Assembly (NCBI GenBank): GCA_918797485.1
Contig: CAKKNE010000006.1
Coordinates: 3,472,001 to 3,536,000 of the forward strand
Direction: 5' to 3'
Source: Pelagomonas calceolata
Lineage: Eukaryota
DNA: 64,000 nt
Under the pieces are notes generated by a model. It saw nothing but the letters and a program-made list of their open reading frames with translations, made no database searches and had not been told where the DNA came from. Positions 20,801-32,656 of this stretch are shown here, one piece after another (positions within the stretch are counted from its first letter, which is position 1; each line of letters opens with the position of its first letter). A program made the position numbers and the translations under genes.

Positions 20801-22224
20801 AGCCACTCGCCCGCGTCGACGAGTGAGGCGATGCGTTGTTGCGCGGATCGCGCTTCTATTTGTTGTAATTCGTTCCCTTGGAGCGCATAGACCGTATCTC
20901 TTGTAGATGCTATGTAATCACTTGAGAACGACACGGCATCGAGCTGCCGCCCCTTCCGGTCGATGAGTCGTAACACATCATCCCTACCCAGAATCATGAC
21001 GCCTCGCGCGACGACGCATAGCGCGACCGCATTCGCAGGTAAGGTACAAGGCACAAAATCGACGGCCGCCCCTTCTTCTGTGGAGTTCAACGCATCCAAA
21101 TCACAACCCCAGGCTCTGATCAATATGCCATCATCATTTATAGAGACGACCGCATTGTCTACCTCTGATTGTGGACGGGGCCAGGTCACGGCCACTCGTA
21201 CCGAAGGCGCGAACGCGACGACGAACGAAGCACTCGTCGACGAGAACGCCGCGTAGGTCGACGACACGGATAACCAGGGCGTCACGTTCGACTTCGCATC
21301 TAGCAGACACTCGACTTCGTGGAGATACGAGCCACCCAATACTCTTTGTCGGAACACAATGCGATTCACAACACCTGATGAATCAATAGCAGCAACGGCC
21401 CGGTCGGACGCACCCCTACAGCAAAATTCGACCTTCTCTACTGACACGGCGAAGGCGTCGTCCACTTTACGTAGTTGTGAACCTTTTACCACGTCCCACA
21501 GTATCAAAGTACCAGACGCATGGCCTAGACAGGCCACGTCGTCCTCCAGTGCTACACACCGTACTGAGTCACTGGAAGCCGTCCCCAGGACCCGTCGCAC
21601 TTCCTGGAAGTGGTCGAAGACCAATGCCAGACCTCTAGATGTCCCGAGCGCCACGAACTTCGGAGAAGCCCCGAGCGCGGCGGGCGCGCCGGGGCCGAGC
21701 TCGGGCCGTCGGGCGTTGGCTGCGAGCTGCCTCGACGCCGTCTTGAGCGGTTCTACCTTGAGGGCGCCGCTCGGTTTTTGTTCTGAACTAGTAGTTGCTC
21801 CTCGCGAGAGGTCGATGGGTTTACTACGATTCCGACGCTTCGTCTCCAAGGGAGACGCCTCGATCGATTCATTCTGGGCCACTAACCGTCTCTCCCGCAG
21901 CGCGAAGGGCGCTAGTCTTTCACCGCGCCACAGGACGGGCCCGACCGGGGCCGCCTGGGGCTTCTTCTCATGATGTACAGGCGACTCCGGTACGGGCGGC
22001 TCCGGTACGACGTCGTCGTCGTCGTCGTCCTCCCGCAGGATCTGCTGGAGCACGGCCCAGTCCCGGGCGCTGTAGGACTCCTCGTTCGTCGTCGGGGCGC
22101 GGTACTCTTGTAATGGAGAAGAGGCGCCATCTTCTTTCAGGATGTCTTCTAGGGATAAGCCGCCTCCCTCTAAGCCGTCGTCGCTGTCCGATTCCGCTAA
22201 AATTGCTTCTAGGTCGGCGTCCAT
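17872..22224 (-). CDS. VPS8: VPS8-like CORVET subunit (2 exons: 22224-20605, 20436-17872)
   Basis: WD40-like N-terminus (ALGTSRG), YLDLLEPYIL..L..LAPEV, VERCMLHLD and a clathrin-repeat-like region. The intron joins VEFCIA to VDVLDVLF. Confidence 0.8.
20437..20604 (-). other. Spliceosomal intron (168 bp, GT-AG), introner-like
   Basis: Removal restores the frame. 20491-20520 matches SMC6 intron sequence 26673-26702 at 29/30 nt. Confidence 0.85.
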
Positions 22225-22410
22225 TGGCTCTGCTGTGAGTGCTGTGAGTGCTGCTGTATGTGATCTGCTATTTCTAGCGCTGCGGACGCGGTCCGGCCGC
22301 AGTAGCGCTTGCAGCAGGAGTGATACTGCTTGCAGCAGCGCAGATCTTGTGCGCTGCCGCGCTCTCGCACGCTTGATGCGGCTGGTCGCAAGCTCGTCCA
22401 AAAAGCTGGG

Positions 22411-22431
22411 CTAGCGGTCGTAAGACACTAG
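22411..22431. promoter_or_regulatory. CTAG-bounded intergenic motif copy
   Basis: ctagcggtcgtaagacactag(caagc), about 190 bp upstream of the VPS8 ATG. Confidence 0.65.
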
Positions 22432-23035
22432 CAAGCATAAAACGGCGAGACGTTTGTAAGCGCGCGATGCGTTCGAGCACCCATCCCTGCGCTGGAAGTA
22501 CGTGTTGCGCTCGCAGGGCCGTGTCTCGTATCCGTGATTGGCTTTGGCTTTACGCGCGCGCTCTCGCGGTGCGCGACATTCGTTGCTGCTAGAACCGGTC
22601 TCTACGAGTCCACCCAACCCTCCGTACCACAACTAAACTCTGAACTCCTCGCCCGGAATTATGATTTGAAACCCGAACATCGATGGTCCTGGCACAATCT
22701 CAGGGAGGTTTTGCATCACTGCTACGTTGTCGGGCTAACACGTGGATCTGAAGCGCTTTGGCGCAAGCCAATTAAACCGCTTTAACCGACAGGCGGGCTT
22801 GAACGCATCGATAAGAACCCATAAGAGCCATCAGAGCTCTTAACAACTGTGAATCGCAGAGTTGAAGCGAGAACCGCAGCGCTAAGCGATTTGTTCGGCT
22901 CTGTCTGATACAGCGCGCAAAGACATCTAACTCACCATCAACATTGGCCGCCGCCACAAGGGGCGACCTGCATTAACAACACCAAAAACACAACCGCGCG
23001 TTCACCGCGTCTCACCGCGCACCGCCCAATTCACA

Positions 23036-23165
23036 GTGCACAAAGTCAAATTTCGCGGCGCCGTCGCGGAATCGCCGCGGCGACCTCGACGCCATCGACG
23101 CGACGCGCGAAGGAGACGAGGGCATCCTCAGGAGGAACTAAACTCACCGCGGTTGATGCGCGCAG
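23036..23165 (+). other. Probable 5' intron of the introner-like family (donor position uncertain)
   Basis: Contains CGCCATCGACGCG, a CTCAC branch-like site and a GCGCAG|G acceptor 6 nt before the ATG at 23172. Confidence 0.55.
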
Positions 23166-23171
23166 GTACCT

Positions 23172-23522
23172 ATGGGACTGCTCCGCACCATATTCCTCCG
23201 CTCCAACTCCGGCCGCCGCGACGCCGCTGTGCACTTCGTCAGCTCCCTAACGAAGGCCACGGCGGCGACGCCGACCTTTGGAGACTACACCTCGCCGCCG
23301 GGGTTCACGCGCGAGTTGCCGCCGGAACCGGAGAAGTCCTGGAGCTACTACACTCCATTTCTCATCTACGCGTTCGCGGCGCTGGCGTTATTTTTGGCCG
23401 TCTTCTTGCGCGGGAGCCACAATGTCTTCTTCCTCGGCCTCGTCAACGGCGCGGTGCTCGCGGCCTGCTGCTGCCTGCGTGACTCGCCGCGGAAGTCATA
23501 CCACAACCTGAGTCAACCGTGA
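23172..23522 (+). CDS. Small hypothetical protein with 2 TM helices
   Basis: 116-aa ORF with two hydrophobic segments. Confidence 0.55.
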   Translation: MGLLRTIFLRSNSGRRDAAVHFVSSLTKATAATPTFGDYTSPPGFTRELPPEPEKSWSYYTPFLIYAFAALALFLAVFLRGSHNVFFLGLVNGAVLAACCCLRDSPRKSYHNLSQP

Positions 23523-23716
23523 CCATCATCATTCATCATCCAAGTGTCGCCACAAGGGCGACCGTCTGTCGATATTCCTCCTGCCGCCCCCTAGTTGCTT
23601 GCGTGCACATAAAGTGAGGCGCGGCCTCCTTCTATATATGTTCCTTGAGGGAGTGAGTCGCGTCGACGGCGTATAGGGAAGAATCCATGCACGAGATACT
23701 TAGAGAGGGAGAGGAC

Positions 23717-26700
23717 CTAGCCGCCCTGCGTCGTCCTTCTCTTCTTCGTCGCGAACCCGTCCAGCGTCTGCTGCCCTCGAATCGGGGCATTGAGCTTGAA
23801 CACCTTGAGGTGGTTCGACTGCGGCAGACTTGATAAATCCTGGGGCGTGATGAAGACGAACTGCCGGTTCGGCATCTCCCTCGCCATGTCGACCAATTCT
23901 TGCATCGCGACTTTACGACTGACCTGGTCCATGAAGACGTCGAACTCGTCCATCACGCGGAAGGGGCATTCTATGGTAGCACCCAGCGACACGAGCATGG
24001 CCAGCGTCGAGAAGGACCGCTCCCCGCCCGACAACGACTGGATGTTGTCGATCTGCGTCGTCTCATCTTGATTATCTTTTTGGTAGGTCATTTTTAGGGT
24101 CGCGTCTTCGTGGTCGAAGCGCAGAGCGCCACTTGAACCTTTTTTCTGCAGTATTTTATCGAATTCGCGGTTCGACATCCTGCAGATGTGCTTCCGGATG
24201 CGTCTCAGGCGGTCATAGCGCGCGTGCGCGTCCTCCCGGAGCTGGATCCCCTCCTGCTCGATCTGCTTGCAGCCGGCCTCCTTCTCCGCGTAGGCGAGCT
24301 GCGCCCGCTCCATCTTTTGTTTGGCGACTTCCGGGTCCGTCTCCTTGCCGCCGCGCTTCTCGAGCTGCTGCTCCTTCATTTTTTCGGTGTGGTTGATCTT
24401 CGCGAGGACCTGCGTTTGATCAATGTGTCGCGTCGGCGGCGTATGCGCCCGACGCCATCGCCGCGACCCGTGAAGATGGCTCTCTGTCTCTCGTGAGATG
24501 CGGACGCCGACTCAGGACCGCGTCCTCGTTCTTGAACCGCTTGATCTCGTCGTTGGGCGGTCGGTAGTCCTCGTCGTCCAGCAGCTTCTTCGTGAAGCGC
24601 CGGGCCTTATCCAGCACTTCCTGCAACCGCTTGTCCTCCTCCTTCACTAAATCCTCGCGCTGCGACACCTTCTTCTCGAGGTCGAGGCACGCGGCCTTGG
24701 CCTTCTCGAGGCGCTTCTTGAGCTTCTTCTGGCCCTCGAGGGCTTTCGTCATCTCCTGTTCCTTGGCGGCCTGGTCTCTATCGAGCTTGTCGTTTCTTTT
24801 AACCAAGTCGGCTCGCGCCTTCTCGAAGGGCCGCATCTTCTCTTTTTCCGCCTTCACATCATTTGCTTTTTGGGACCTGCGAGCGACGCGTGAGCCTGAC
24901 GCCATCGACGCGACGACGACCCGATAATTCTTCACGAAGTCTCTCGGCGACGACGCGGCCGTGATGACTGAATCGAGGGGTGTAAGACCCACACCGCCAC
25001 GCCATCAAGCAGGCGTCGCGGCGATGGCGTGAAAATGGGACGCCGGCACCCACAGCGTCTCCCTCGCATTTCGGATCTCGCGCTCCATGTCGGCGAGGTC
25101 GTCTTCGAGCGCCGACGTGTCGTCCAAAACTACCGCTTCGTCGGCCTTGTCCTGCACTTCTCTATGTTGCGCTTTCGCCTCTCTGGCATCTCGTTCCGCT
25201 TTGGTGTGGGCCTTCTTCGCCCGATCGACCTCGCGGATCGCGTTACTATCAGCCTTCTGGGCTTTATCAAAAGTTGCTCTAGCCGTCTTGGCCTTGGCCG
25301 CGGCGTCCTTGTGTCTCTTGGATGAAGCTTGGGCCGCCTTCTTGGCCGCCGGGATGTCCCTCGACGCGTCGACGCCGAGCGCGACGCCCTTGCGCGCGGA
25401 CGGCCGCTTCACATACAAGTTGCCCTTCTTCGCGCCTGTTATAGAGCCATCTCTCAGTACCAACATCTCAACACCTGGAGCATGGGACCAGACGCCCCTT
25501 GATTGCGTCATGCCCTTGCTCTCGGCTTCAGCCTTGTCCTCGAACACGCAAGTGACGTCCGCGCGCGCCATGTCTACCAAGGCATTGTAACAAGCATCAT
25601 CATCAACATTCAGTAAATCCAACATCGACGTCTGGTTCGGCGGCTTCCGCACGTTATGACGCGGACGAGGCTTCTGGATGATAATCGTGAGCCGCGCATC
25701 GCAGCGCAGCTTCCGCGCGATCTGTAGCAGTGCGGACCGATCCGCGGGCGTCGCCACGATCCAGTTCGAGAGGTGCCTTCCCACGATCTCGCCGAGGGCG
25801 GCGCCCCACTTTTTATGTTCCTTCTTTGCTAGTGTCACATGGGCACCAATAGGGCCGACGGGCCTCCTACTGAATGAGCGAGCAGCCTTATTGACTTCAT
25901 CAGATAAACGTTGTTGGTAGTCGCCGAACGCAGCTAACGGGTTTCTCGCGGTACTTTCAAGCATGGCCAGGTGGCGCTTATCATCATCAGCTTCCGCCCT
26001 CGCGTCTTTTTCCGCCTCGCGAGCGGCGCGATCGGCCTCCTCGAGATCACTCAAACCGCTTCGTAACTCATTCGCTTCGCGCTGCCGCTCCTCCAGCGCC
26101 TCCGCCCTCGCCCGCAGCGCTTCGTCACAATCAGCGACCTTCTGAGCCAACTCCGCCGCCCGCGCCCCCGCCGCGTTCTGGGCGTGCGCCGCCGTCCGCC
26201 GCTGGTTCTCCTTGCGCTTCTTCTCGAGCTCCTTGCGGATCTCGCCCTTGTCCTTCTCGAGACCCGCTAGTAGATCTTTTTGTTGCTTCTCGAGGCGCTG
26301 GGCCGCCTTGACGCACTTCTCCTGGGTCGCCAACGCCCGCGTCGCCTCCGTCGTCGAGTCGCGGCAGGCCTTCATCTCGTCGTTGCCCCTGGAGATGGCA
26401 TCTTCCAGCGCTTTTACTTGATCGTCGCCGCCGCTTTCTAGCGCGTCCTCGTGCTCCTTTTGCAAGGATTGGGCGTCCGTCAACTCCTGGCGCTTCTCTC
26501 TGACACCCTCTTCGGCGTTCTCCTTGGCGCGCTCGCAGCCGCGCACGGAGACCCAGCCGAGCAGGACCTGCGTCGCGGCGACCGCGTCACGCGTGGATCT
26601 GACTCTCCGACGATCGTGAAGACGACGGCGTGACGTCGCATCGACGCCATCGACGCGACCCGCTCACGCGTGGACTCTCTCGCGGCCGCGTCGACGGCGT

Positions 26701-27750
26701 CGATGCGACGCGGTCTCGTGACGACGCCATCGACGCGACGCGACATGAGACGCGGCACCGCGCCTTCAGGTCCCGGATCTCCTCATCATATTTAGCAAGA
26801 CGCATGACTTCTTCATATTCGCGTTGCGCGTTCTGCGCCAGCCGCGCGAACGATTCCAGCTTCGTCCGCTGGTGCTCCGCGTCGCTAATGCACTTGTCCG
26901 CGGCGTTCGTGGCCCGTTTAATGCGCTCCATCACGTCCTGAATTTCCGTCGCCCGCAAAAAAAACTTGTACTTGTCCTTGGCCTTGCCGCGGATGAAATG
27001 CTTCGAGTTCTCTTGATCTAGGACGCAGACGGGATTGTCCACAGAAATTTTGAGAGAATCTAACAAACTACGTAGCTCCTTTCTGTCGGACGTCACCTTC
27101 TCGTCGTTCTCGTTGAGCATTTCTAATTTACCACCGCCCTTCTTGCCGAAACTTCTTCTGATACCAATCGTGTCGCCGTAGGTCTCGTGGCGGAAGGCGT
27201 CCGTGCCCTCGTTGACGAGCTTGACAACCACTTTTGCAGTAGCATCGCTACCTTCCCTTACGAGATCGCCGAGCTTGTTGCCCCGATGCGTCTGTTTGGC
27301 CGAAGCGCCCAAACAGATCTGCATCGCCGCCAAGATGGCACTTTTCCCGGACCCGTTCGCGCCATTAATGAAGTTGATCCTCCTCCCGAGCTTAATTTCC
27401 AACTTCTTGTGGCACATGAAGTTCTCGCAGTATATTTCCTTGATGAGGCCTGCGGAACTCGAGTCCTCGGCGTCTTCTCTCGCTATGCGGCCGGCCAAGC
27501 GGCGCTCCGCGGCGTCCGCTCTGGCGTCCTCGTCCTCGTCATCCTCGTCGTCGTCGGCTCCTAGTTGTTCAAACTCCTCGTCTTCGTCTCTCGAGCGTTT
27601 CGAGCCCGTGGACGCGCGGCGGTCGACGGGGCCCGTGTCTCCATCGTCGTCGTCCTCCTCCTCGGGCGGCGGCGGCGGCGGCGCTTCGTCTAGTTCTTCG
27701 TCGTCGTCCTCCTGATAGACTACTTTGGCCTTCTTGCGGCGCGGCGGCAT
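23717..27750 (-). CDS. SMC6: SMC6 (4 exons: 27750-26764, 26567-25054, 24876-24519, 24409-23717)
   Basis: ENFMCH, Walker A GANGSGKS, coiled coils, hinge PVGPIG, LSGGERSFST and VMDEFDVFMD. The three introns restore a single frame. Confidence 0.93.
24410..24518 (-). other. SMC6 intron 3 (109 bp, GT-AG)
   Basis: Phase-0 join NEDA|VLAKIN; contains cgccatcgccgcg. Confidence 0.8.
24877..25053 (-). other. SMC6 intron 2 (177 bp, GT-AG)
   Basis: Phase-2 join ETL|SQKAND; 42/50 nt identical to the intron at 39572-39653. Confidence 0.85.
26568..26763 (-). other. SMC6 intron 1 (196 bp, GC-AG)
   Basis: The AAG|GC donor gives an in-frame join (DLK|VLLGWVSV); the nearby GT at 26758 is out of phase. Contains multiple core-motif copies. 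Confidence 0.75.
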
Positions 27751-27942
27751 CCTTGCGCGCGCTTGTTTGTTTTACGGGCTCAGGCTGAGCCTTTGCTTCC
27801 CTGCTCGGCGCGCGACGCGGCGGCACGGGAACGCGTTAGCTGAGCGCTTGGGCGTATTTTGACAGCGCTCTGGGGTCCAGCGCGTCTCACAATGGTCCGC
27901 AGCGCGTTTAAATGCGAGGGTCGCGTCGATGGCGGGACCATT

Positions 27943-27965
27943 CTAGCGTGCCCGTAACACACTAG
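27943..27965. promoter_or_regulatory. CTAG-bounded intergenic motif copy
   Basis: ctagcgtgcccgtaacacactag, about 190 bp upstream of the SMC6 ATG. Confidence 0.55.
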
Positions 27966-28035
27966 CAATCATTCGCGTTTGCAGAACAGGAATCCACATG
28001 GCTACGAACTTAAGAGGGGAGAGGAGGGACTACAA

Positions 28036-28686
28036 CTAGAGCTTCGCGACGGCCCCGAGCACCTTCGCCGCGTCGGGGAGCACGTGCACGACCGCGTCGT
28101 AGACGCGCGCCGTCTTTGCATCAAACGCCAGGGCGCGCAAGGCCCGCGCGAGGCCCTCCAGGTCGCCGTCGCTCCCGTTCGTCCCGACGCGCACCGCGCA
28201 CCGCGCGACGACGTCCGCTACTTTATGGAACGCGTCCGGCCCTGCGTTCACTGCAAAGCGGGACGCGACGCGTTCCAGCGCGCCGACATCCTCGGCGAGG
28301 GACCGGTCGCGGGGATCAACAGAATGAACGCCTCGACAGAAGCGCGCTAAATGACTGCGCAGGGCGTCGAGCGCCTGGCGGACGTCGGCGTGTTCCGGCG
28401 GCGCGACGACCGTGACCTTTTCGACGGGCGGCGTCATGGATGGTGGAGGCGGCAGGCGGAAGCCCGGCCTCGACGGCGCCTTCTCGACGCGGCCCGCCAG
28501 AAATCCGGGCGCCGCCGTCGCTGTTGTGTCGAGGCGCCAGCCGACGGACGCGCCGGTCAACGCCTCGCTATAAGGCAAGGTCGGCACGCACGGCGCCGAG
28601 GGCGGTTTCGGCTTCCCGATGGCGTCGAGCCGCGCGACTTCGGCCGCGACGACTTCTCTCGCGCCGGGCCGGTCCTTGGGGCGGCC
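28036..28686 (-). CDS. Hypothetical protein, 5' end unresolved (terminal exon or gene remnant)
   Basis: Coding-like GC-rich frame open to an in-frame TAA at ~28688, with no ATG near its 5' end. Confidence 0.4.
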   Translation of the reverse strand, partial: GRPKDRPGAREVVAAEVARLDAIGKPKPPSAPCVPTLPYSEALTGASVGWRLDTTATAAPGFLAGRVEKAPSRPGFRLPPPPSMTPPVEKVTVVAPPEHADVRQALDALRSHLARFCRGVHSVDPRDRSLAEDVGALERVASRFAVNAGPDAFHKVADVVARCAVRVGTNGSDGDLEGLARALRALAFDAKTARVYDAVVHVLPDAAKVLGAVAKL

Positions 28687-29332
28687 TTAATTAAAGCGCT
28701 CGCGGCTCCGGTGCGAGATCTGTGGGGCTCGGCGGCCGTTCACAGCACGGGGATAGTCGCCAGGCACGGCGCGCACCCCCAAAGCGTGGGGAATGGTGCT
28801 GAATTTTAGCGGTAGCGTAGGCGGAGTTAAGCTTCGACAGGTACCGTGCGGGGTTACCTCACTCCGTATCCGCTCAAAGAGGCGTCAAGGCCCACTCCTG
28901 TACGTGTCCTGCGTCACGCGCACCGGAATTGTACTGGTGTGGCGGACTTCGCCGGCCGTCTCGCGGCGCGATCGCATAACACGTACACCTCCGGTGCTTG
29001 TAGTATCACGTCGGTACCGCGAGCGTTCATATCGGTGCGGCTCGCACGAGCTGCGTGCGGCCGCCATTAATTGCGCGCGGGTTTTGCCCCCTCACAACCG
29101 AGGCCCTCACAGCCTCTACGCGCAGTAACGATGGTATACGGACTTTGCAACGAAGCCAGGAGCTCTTCGCACTGCAGCGACCCGAGAACAGTACTCACAA
29201 AGCATCCGTGAGCTCGACCAGCCCAGTGCTCTCCTGCAGTCTGCAGCTGCACTGCTCACAGAAACCGCATAAATGCCGCGCAAGCGCAAGCAACCCTCGG
29301 AGAGCAACAGGACCTACAAAACACCAGCACCA

Positions 29333-30455
29333 ATGCGATTACTCGTGCTGGCAACAACGGCACTCGCCAGGAAGACGACGCGCGAAGAGCAGCACGCCAT
29401 CGCCGCCCTGCCTACGGTCAGCGGCAACCCGCTCGTCTCGCTCGAGCACATCAATTTGAGCAGCGGCGACAAATGGAGTGAGCGCGTAGACGCCTTCTAC
29501 TTTGACGTCTTGCGATGCGCGCGCGACCCGCGGTCGCCGGCCGTGCTGGCCCGCACGAATAGCGCGCGCGCGAAGCAGAATAGGCCCGGCGTCGCGAATC
29601 AGAGCTGGGCCAATATTGGTTTTCAACAATTTCATTTACTATTTGGAGACGGTCTCGATGATGAGATGAACCAGCCGCCCCAGCAGAGACTACGAGGAGA
29701 GATCGTCCTCGCCTGGCCGCGTTCGAAGATGAAGGGGCTCTACGCGCGGCTGGCCGAGTGGGGCGCTTCGTTTACTGGTATCGGAACGTTTGAAGGTCCC
29801 TTCGGCAACCGCTTCCGGCTCGTCGCCGCCGACGAGTTGCTGGCACCCCTTCCGGACGCGACCGCGGACGATTTACCGCCGGGCGGCGACTCCGAGGGCC
29901 TCGGCATCCTGGCGGTGCGATTCGACGCGCCGCGGGGCACGAGCGGCGCGATCTGCGAGTTTTATAGTTCTGTGTTTGGGGCGACGGCGGAGGCGGGCGC
30001 CGGGCGGTGCGTTGTTTCCGTCGGCGCCGCGCAGACGCTCGAGTTCGTCGAGGCCGACGACGTGGCGGCCTACGACGGGCACCACATCGCGCTCTACGTC
30101 GACGGCGCCGCGTTCGTGCGCGGCTACGCGGCTTTGAAGGCACGCGGCCTCGTCTTCGAGAACCGGCGGTTTCTGCAATTCACGTGTCGCGCGGCGTCCT
30201 CGATGGGCGCCGGGCGCCGCCCATACGCCATCGCCGCGACCGAACACACTCCCTCGTCGCCGTCGACGCGGCCGGCCGTCTCATGGTCTCGCGCGCAGGT
30301 ACGGAACGCTCGCGGACGCCATGAAACACGACGAGTTCCGCGTCAAGGACATCGCCGGAAATGACAATCAAATTGTCTACGAGCTCGAACACGAGGTCCG
30401 GACGCTCAGGCATCCGGGCTTCGTCGCCAAGCGATGGACAAGACAAGAGCTCTAG
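29333..30455 (+). CDS. Glyoxalase/VOC-fold-like protein with signal peptide (intron 30184-30298)
   Basis: Motifs LEHINL, WANIGFQQFHL and YDGHHIALYV. After splicing it ends ...VYELEHEVRTLRHPGF...*. Confidence 0.75.
30184..30298 (+). other. Spliceosomal intron (115 bp, GT-AG), introner-like
   Basis: Phase-2 join LQFT|YGTL; GCGCAG|G acceptor; core-motif variants present. Confidence 0.85.
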
Positions 30456-30513
30456 TAACGGGGCAAATTTTTCTTTACTAACGATCTAGTTGGGGGTCAG
30501 GACGAAAGCGAGT

Positions 30514-30855
30514 CTACTTCATCTCGTTCTCGAGGTTCGTGTTGTCCTGGAGGTAGTTCATGTACTGGTCCTTCGCCGACCGCTCGAGCTCCGGGTCGAC
30601 CTTGCCCGAGAGCGGGTCCGTGCCCAGCGGCCGTCTGAACAAAAAGATGTGGCGCTCGGGCCGGTGGATCATGAAGTGCTGCCAGCCCCTCGACATCTGG
30701 ATGCCGGCGTTGCGCCACTCCTGCTCGCTCATGAGCGTCGACCGCGGCAGCGTCTTGGCGAGCTCCTTGGGCATGATCACGTGGCGGTACTCGTAGTTCT
30801 CATCATTATATTTCTCGGAGTACTCGATGCGGCTGATGAGGTCGGAGTTGACCAT
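30514..30855 (-). CDS. CKS1: Cyclin-dependent kinase regulatory subunit
   Basis: [21 protein letters not shown]...[36 protein letters not shown]. Confidence 0.95.
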   Translation of the reverse strand: MVNSDLISRIEYSEKYNDENYEYRHVIMPKELAKTLPRSTLMSEQEWRNAGIQMSRGWQHFMIHRPERHIFLFRRPLGTDPLSGKVDPELERSAKDQYMNYLQDNTNLENEMK

Positions 30856-31322
30856 CGTTCCGCGGCCGGGCGACGCTGTACGTCGTGGGCCTTGTGCGTC
30901 GCGTTGGAGATGATGGACCTGCGTGCGGCGGCGGCGTGGGCGGGCTGCGTGGCTGGCCTCGAGTCCTCTCGCGCGTTGTCTGGCGTGGGGGGAGCGAGCC
31001 ACGTGCCGGCCGCCGCGGCCTCGCGACGCGCATCCCTCTTCGATGCGTGCGATCCGCGCGCGGCTGGCCGCCAGCCCTCTCGATGTGAGTTGTGGCTGGC
31101 GCGGCTGCTCGGCAGCGCCCGAGGCGCCGCTTAGCCGACTCCACGATGAGCAACCGCCAGATGCCAAAACCACTCGAAACGGGCTGGCGCCACAGCAGGG
31201 GCGGGCTGGCGTTAGCAGGCATCTGAGAGCAGCGAAAATATCACAGACACGGCTGGGCACCGGTTGGGGAATCCAGATTACCCAGCAAAAGCCGCGCCAA
31301 AAAACGACTAAAAAAAGCTAAA

Positions 31323-31341
31323 CTAAGTGTGTTTACGCTAG
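31323..31341. promoter_or_regulatory. CTAG-bounded intergenic motif copy (variant)
   Basis: ctaagtgtgtttacgctag, between divergent genes. Confidence 0.45.
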
Positions 31342-31420
31342 GTGATTAACTTGCAACTCAACATGACAAGGGGCGCTACGAGCCCGCATGGCTCCGATAA
31401 CTCGTCGATAAGCAGCCAAG

Positions 31421-32176
31421 ATGGCCAAGCGCGCCGTGCGCTGGGCGGAGGCCGTCGACGTCGAGCAGACCACGCGCCAGTGGGCAGCCCCAGCACCACC
31501 CGCAGCAGGCGCGGGCCGCCCTCGGGGCGTCGGCGGAGGAGGCGGAGGCGCTCCACCACCATCATCACCATCGTGCGCCGTGTGCGGCGGCAAGCCCACA
31601 GAAGGCGCCGCCCTACCGTGCTGCGCGCGGCCGCTCTGCGGCAGCTGCGGCGTGCCGCGCCGGTGTCCCCGCTGTAAGGCTCCGGTGCCGACGAGCGAGG
31701 CAGCCATCGCCGCAGCGCTGCAGCGAGCAGCGACCGACTGCGCATCCGCGGCGCGGCGCCTGGGCGTGGCCTACGCGAAGGGCGAGCTCGGCCTCGCGCA
31801 GGACGAGCGCCGCGCCGCGCAGCTCTACAAGGCCGCCGCGGCGCGGGGCGACGCCGCCGCGCAGCACAATTTGGGCTTGATGTACATGAGCGGCGGCAAG
31901 GCCCCAAAGGCCCTCAAGTGGTTCCGGGCCGCTGCGGCGCAGAACCACGCGCCCTCCGTGTACAACCTCGCGACGGCGTACGCGTTCGGCACAGGCGTGC
32001 CGCGCGACGCCGACGAGGCTTCAACGTTGTATCGGCGCGCGGCGATGCTCGGAAGCGCCGACGCGGCCTACGCGCTCGGGCGCCTCGAGCCCGACGCCGT
32101 CGCTGCGCGCGAGTACTTTGTGGTCGCGGCGCGGCGGGGGCACCGGCTCGCCGCGGCGGCGCTGCGTGAGGGGTAA
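31421..32176 (+). CDS. Sel1-repeat protein with an N-terminal RING-like Cys cluster
   Basis: CAVC..CC..LCGSC..CPRC, followed by AQHNLGLMY and YNLATAYAFGTGV..D repeats. Confidence 0.8.
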   Translation: MAKRAVRWAEAVDVEQTTRQWAAPAPPAAGAGRPRGVGGGGGGAPPPSSPSCAVCGGKPTEGAALPCCARPLCGSCGVPRRCPRCKAPVPTSEAAIAAALQRAATDCASAARRLGVAYAKGELGLAQDERRAAQLYKAAAARGDAAAQHNLGLMYMSGGKAPKALKWFRAAAAQNHAPSVYNLATAYAFGTGVPRDADEASTLYRRAAMLGSADAAYALGRLEPDAVAAREYFVVAARRGHRLAAAALREG

Positions 32177-32200
32177 TTTTTTGTGAATGTGAATTGTGGC

Positions 32201-32656
32201 TTATACCGACGGCGTCTCGCGGGCGCGGAGCGCGGCTCGCGCGTTTCGCAAATCCCGCTCAACCCCCGTTGTGAGCGGGTGCGCACCGCCGAGCAAACGC
32301 CGCACGATCGGTTCAATCTCCACGAGCGTCGTCACGGCCTCGCGGACATCGTCGAGCGTGGCACCGGGGTCTTTATAGAGCGCCGTCGCGAAATTCCACC
32401 GCATCTTGAGCGTGAGATCATCACTCTCTCCAAGAACGCGTCGCGCCACGGATACTGTTTTGCGGAACAGTGCCTTGGATTCTTCGAAGCGCTGCATTTC
32501 AATAAGGAGATTCGCGTAGTTGCTGGCCGCTCGGAGGGTCTCTTCCTGCTCTTCGCCATTGAGCTTCAAACGTCCGCGGTATACATCTCGCTCCATGCTT
32601 AGGGCCTTCTCATGGCGTCCAACCGCTTCATACGTGGCCGCAAGACAACTCTGCGT
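32201..32656 (-). pseudogene. 5'-truncated fragment: C-terminal TPR-like part of an expanded pelagophyte MYND/RING/TPR family
   Basis: LAATY...ALSMERDVY.GRLKLNGEE...ARRVLGES...GATLDDVREAVTTL...LGGAHPLT...ARAALRARETPS. No proper N-terminus. Confidence 0.7.

Noticed and set aside
8695..27750. Apparent frameshifts or split ORFs in PRP22, VPS8 and SMC6 as pseudogenes or programmed frameshifts
   Set aside because: Each break is resolved by an in-phase spliceosomal intron.
28840..29020. Structured RNA from several short inverted repeats
   Set aside because: The pairs are only 7-9 bp and mutually crossing, which is compatible with chance.
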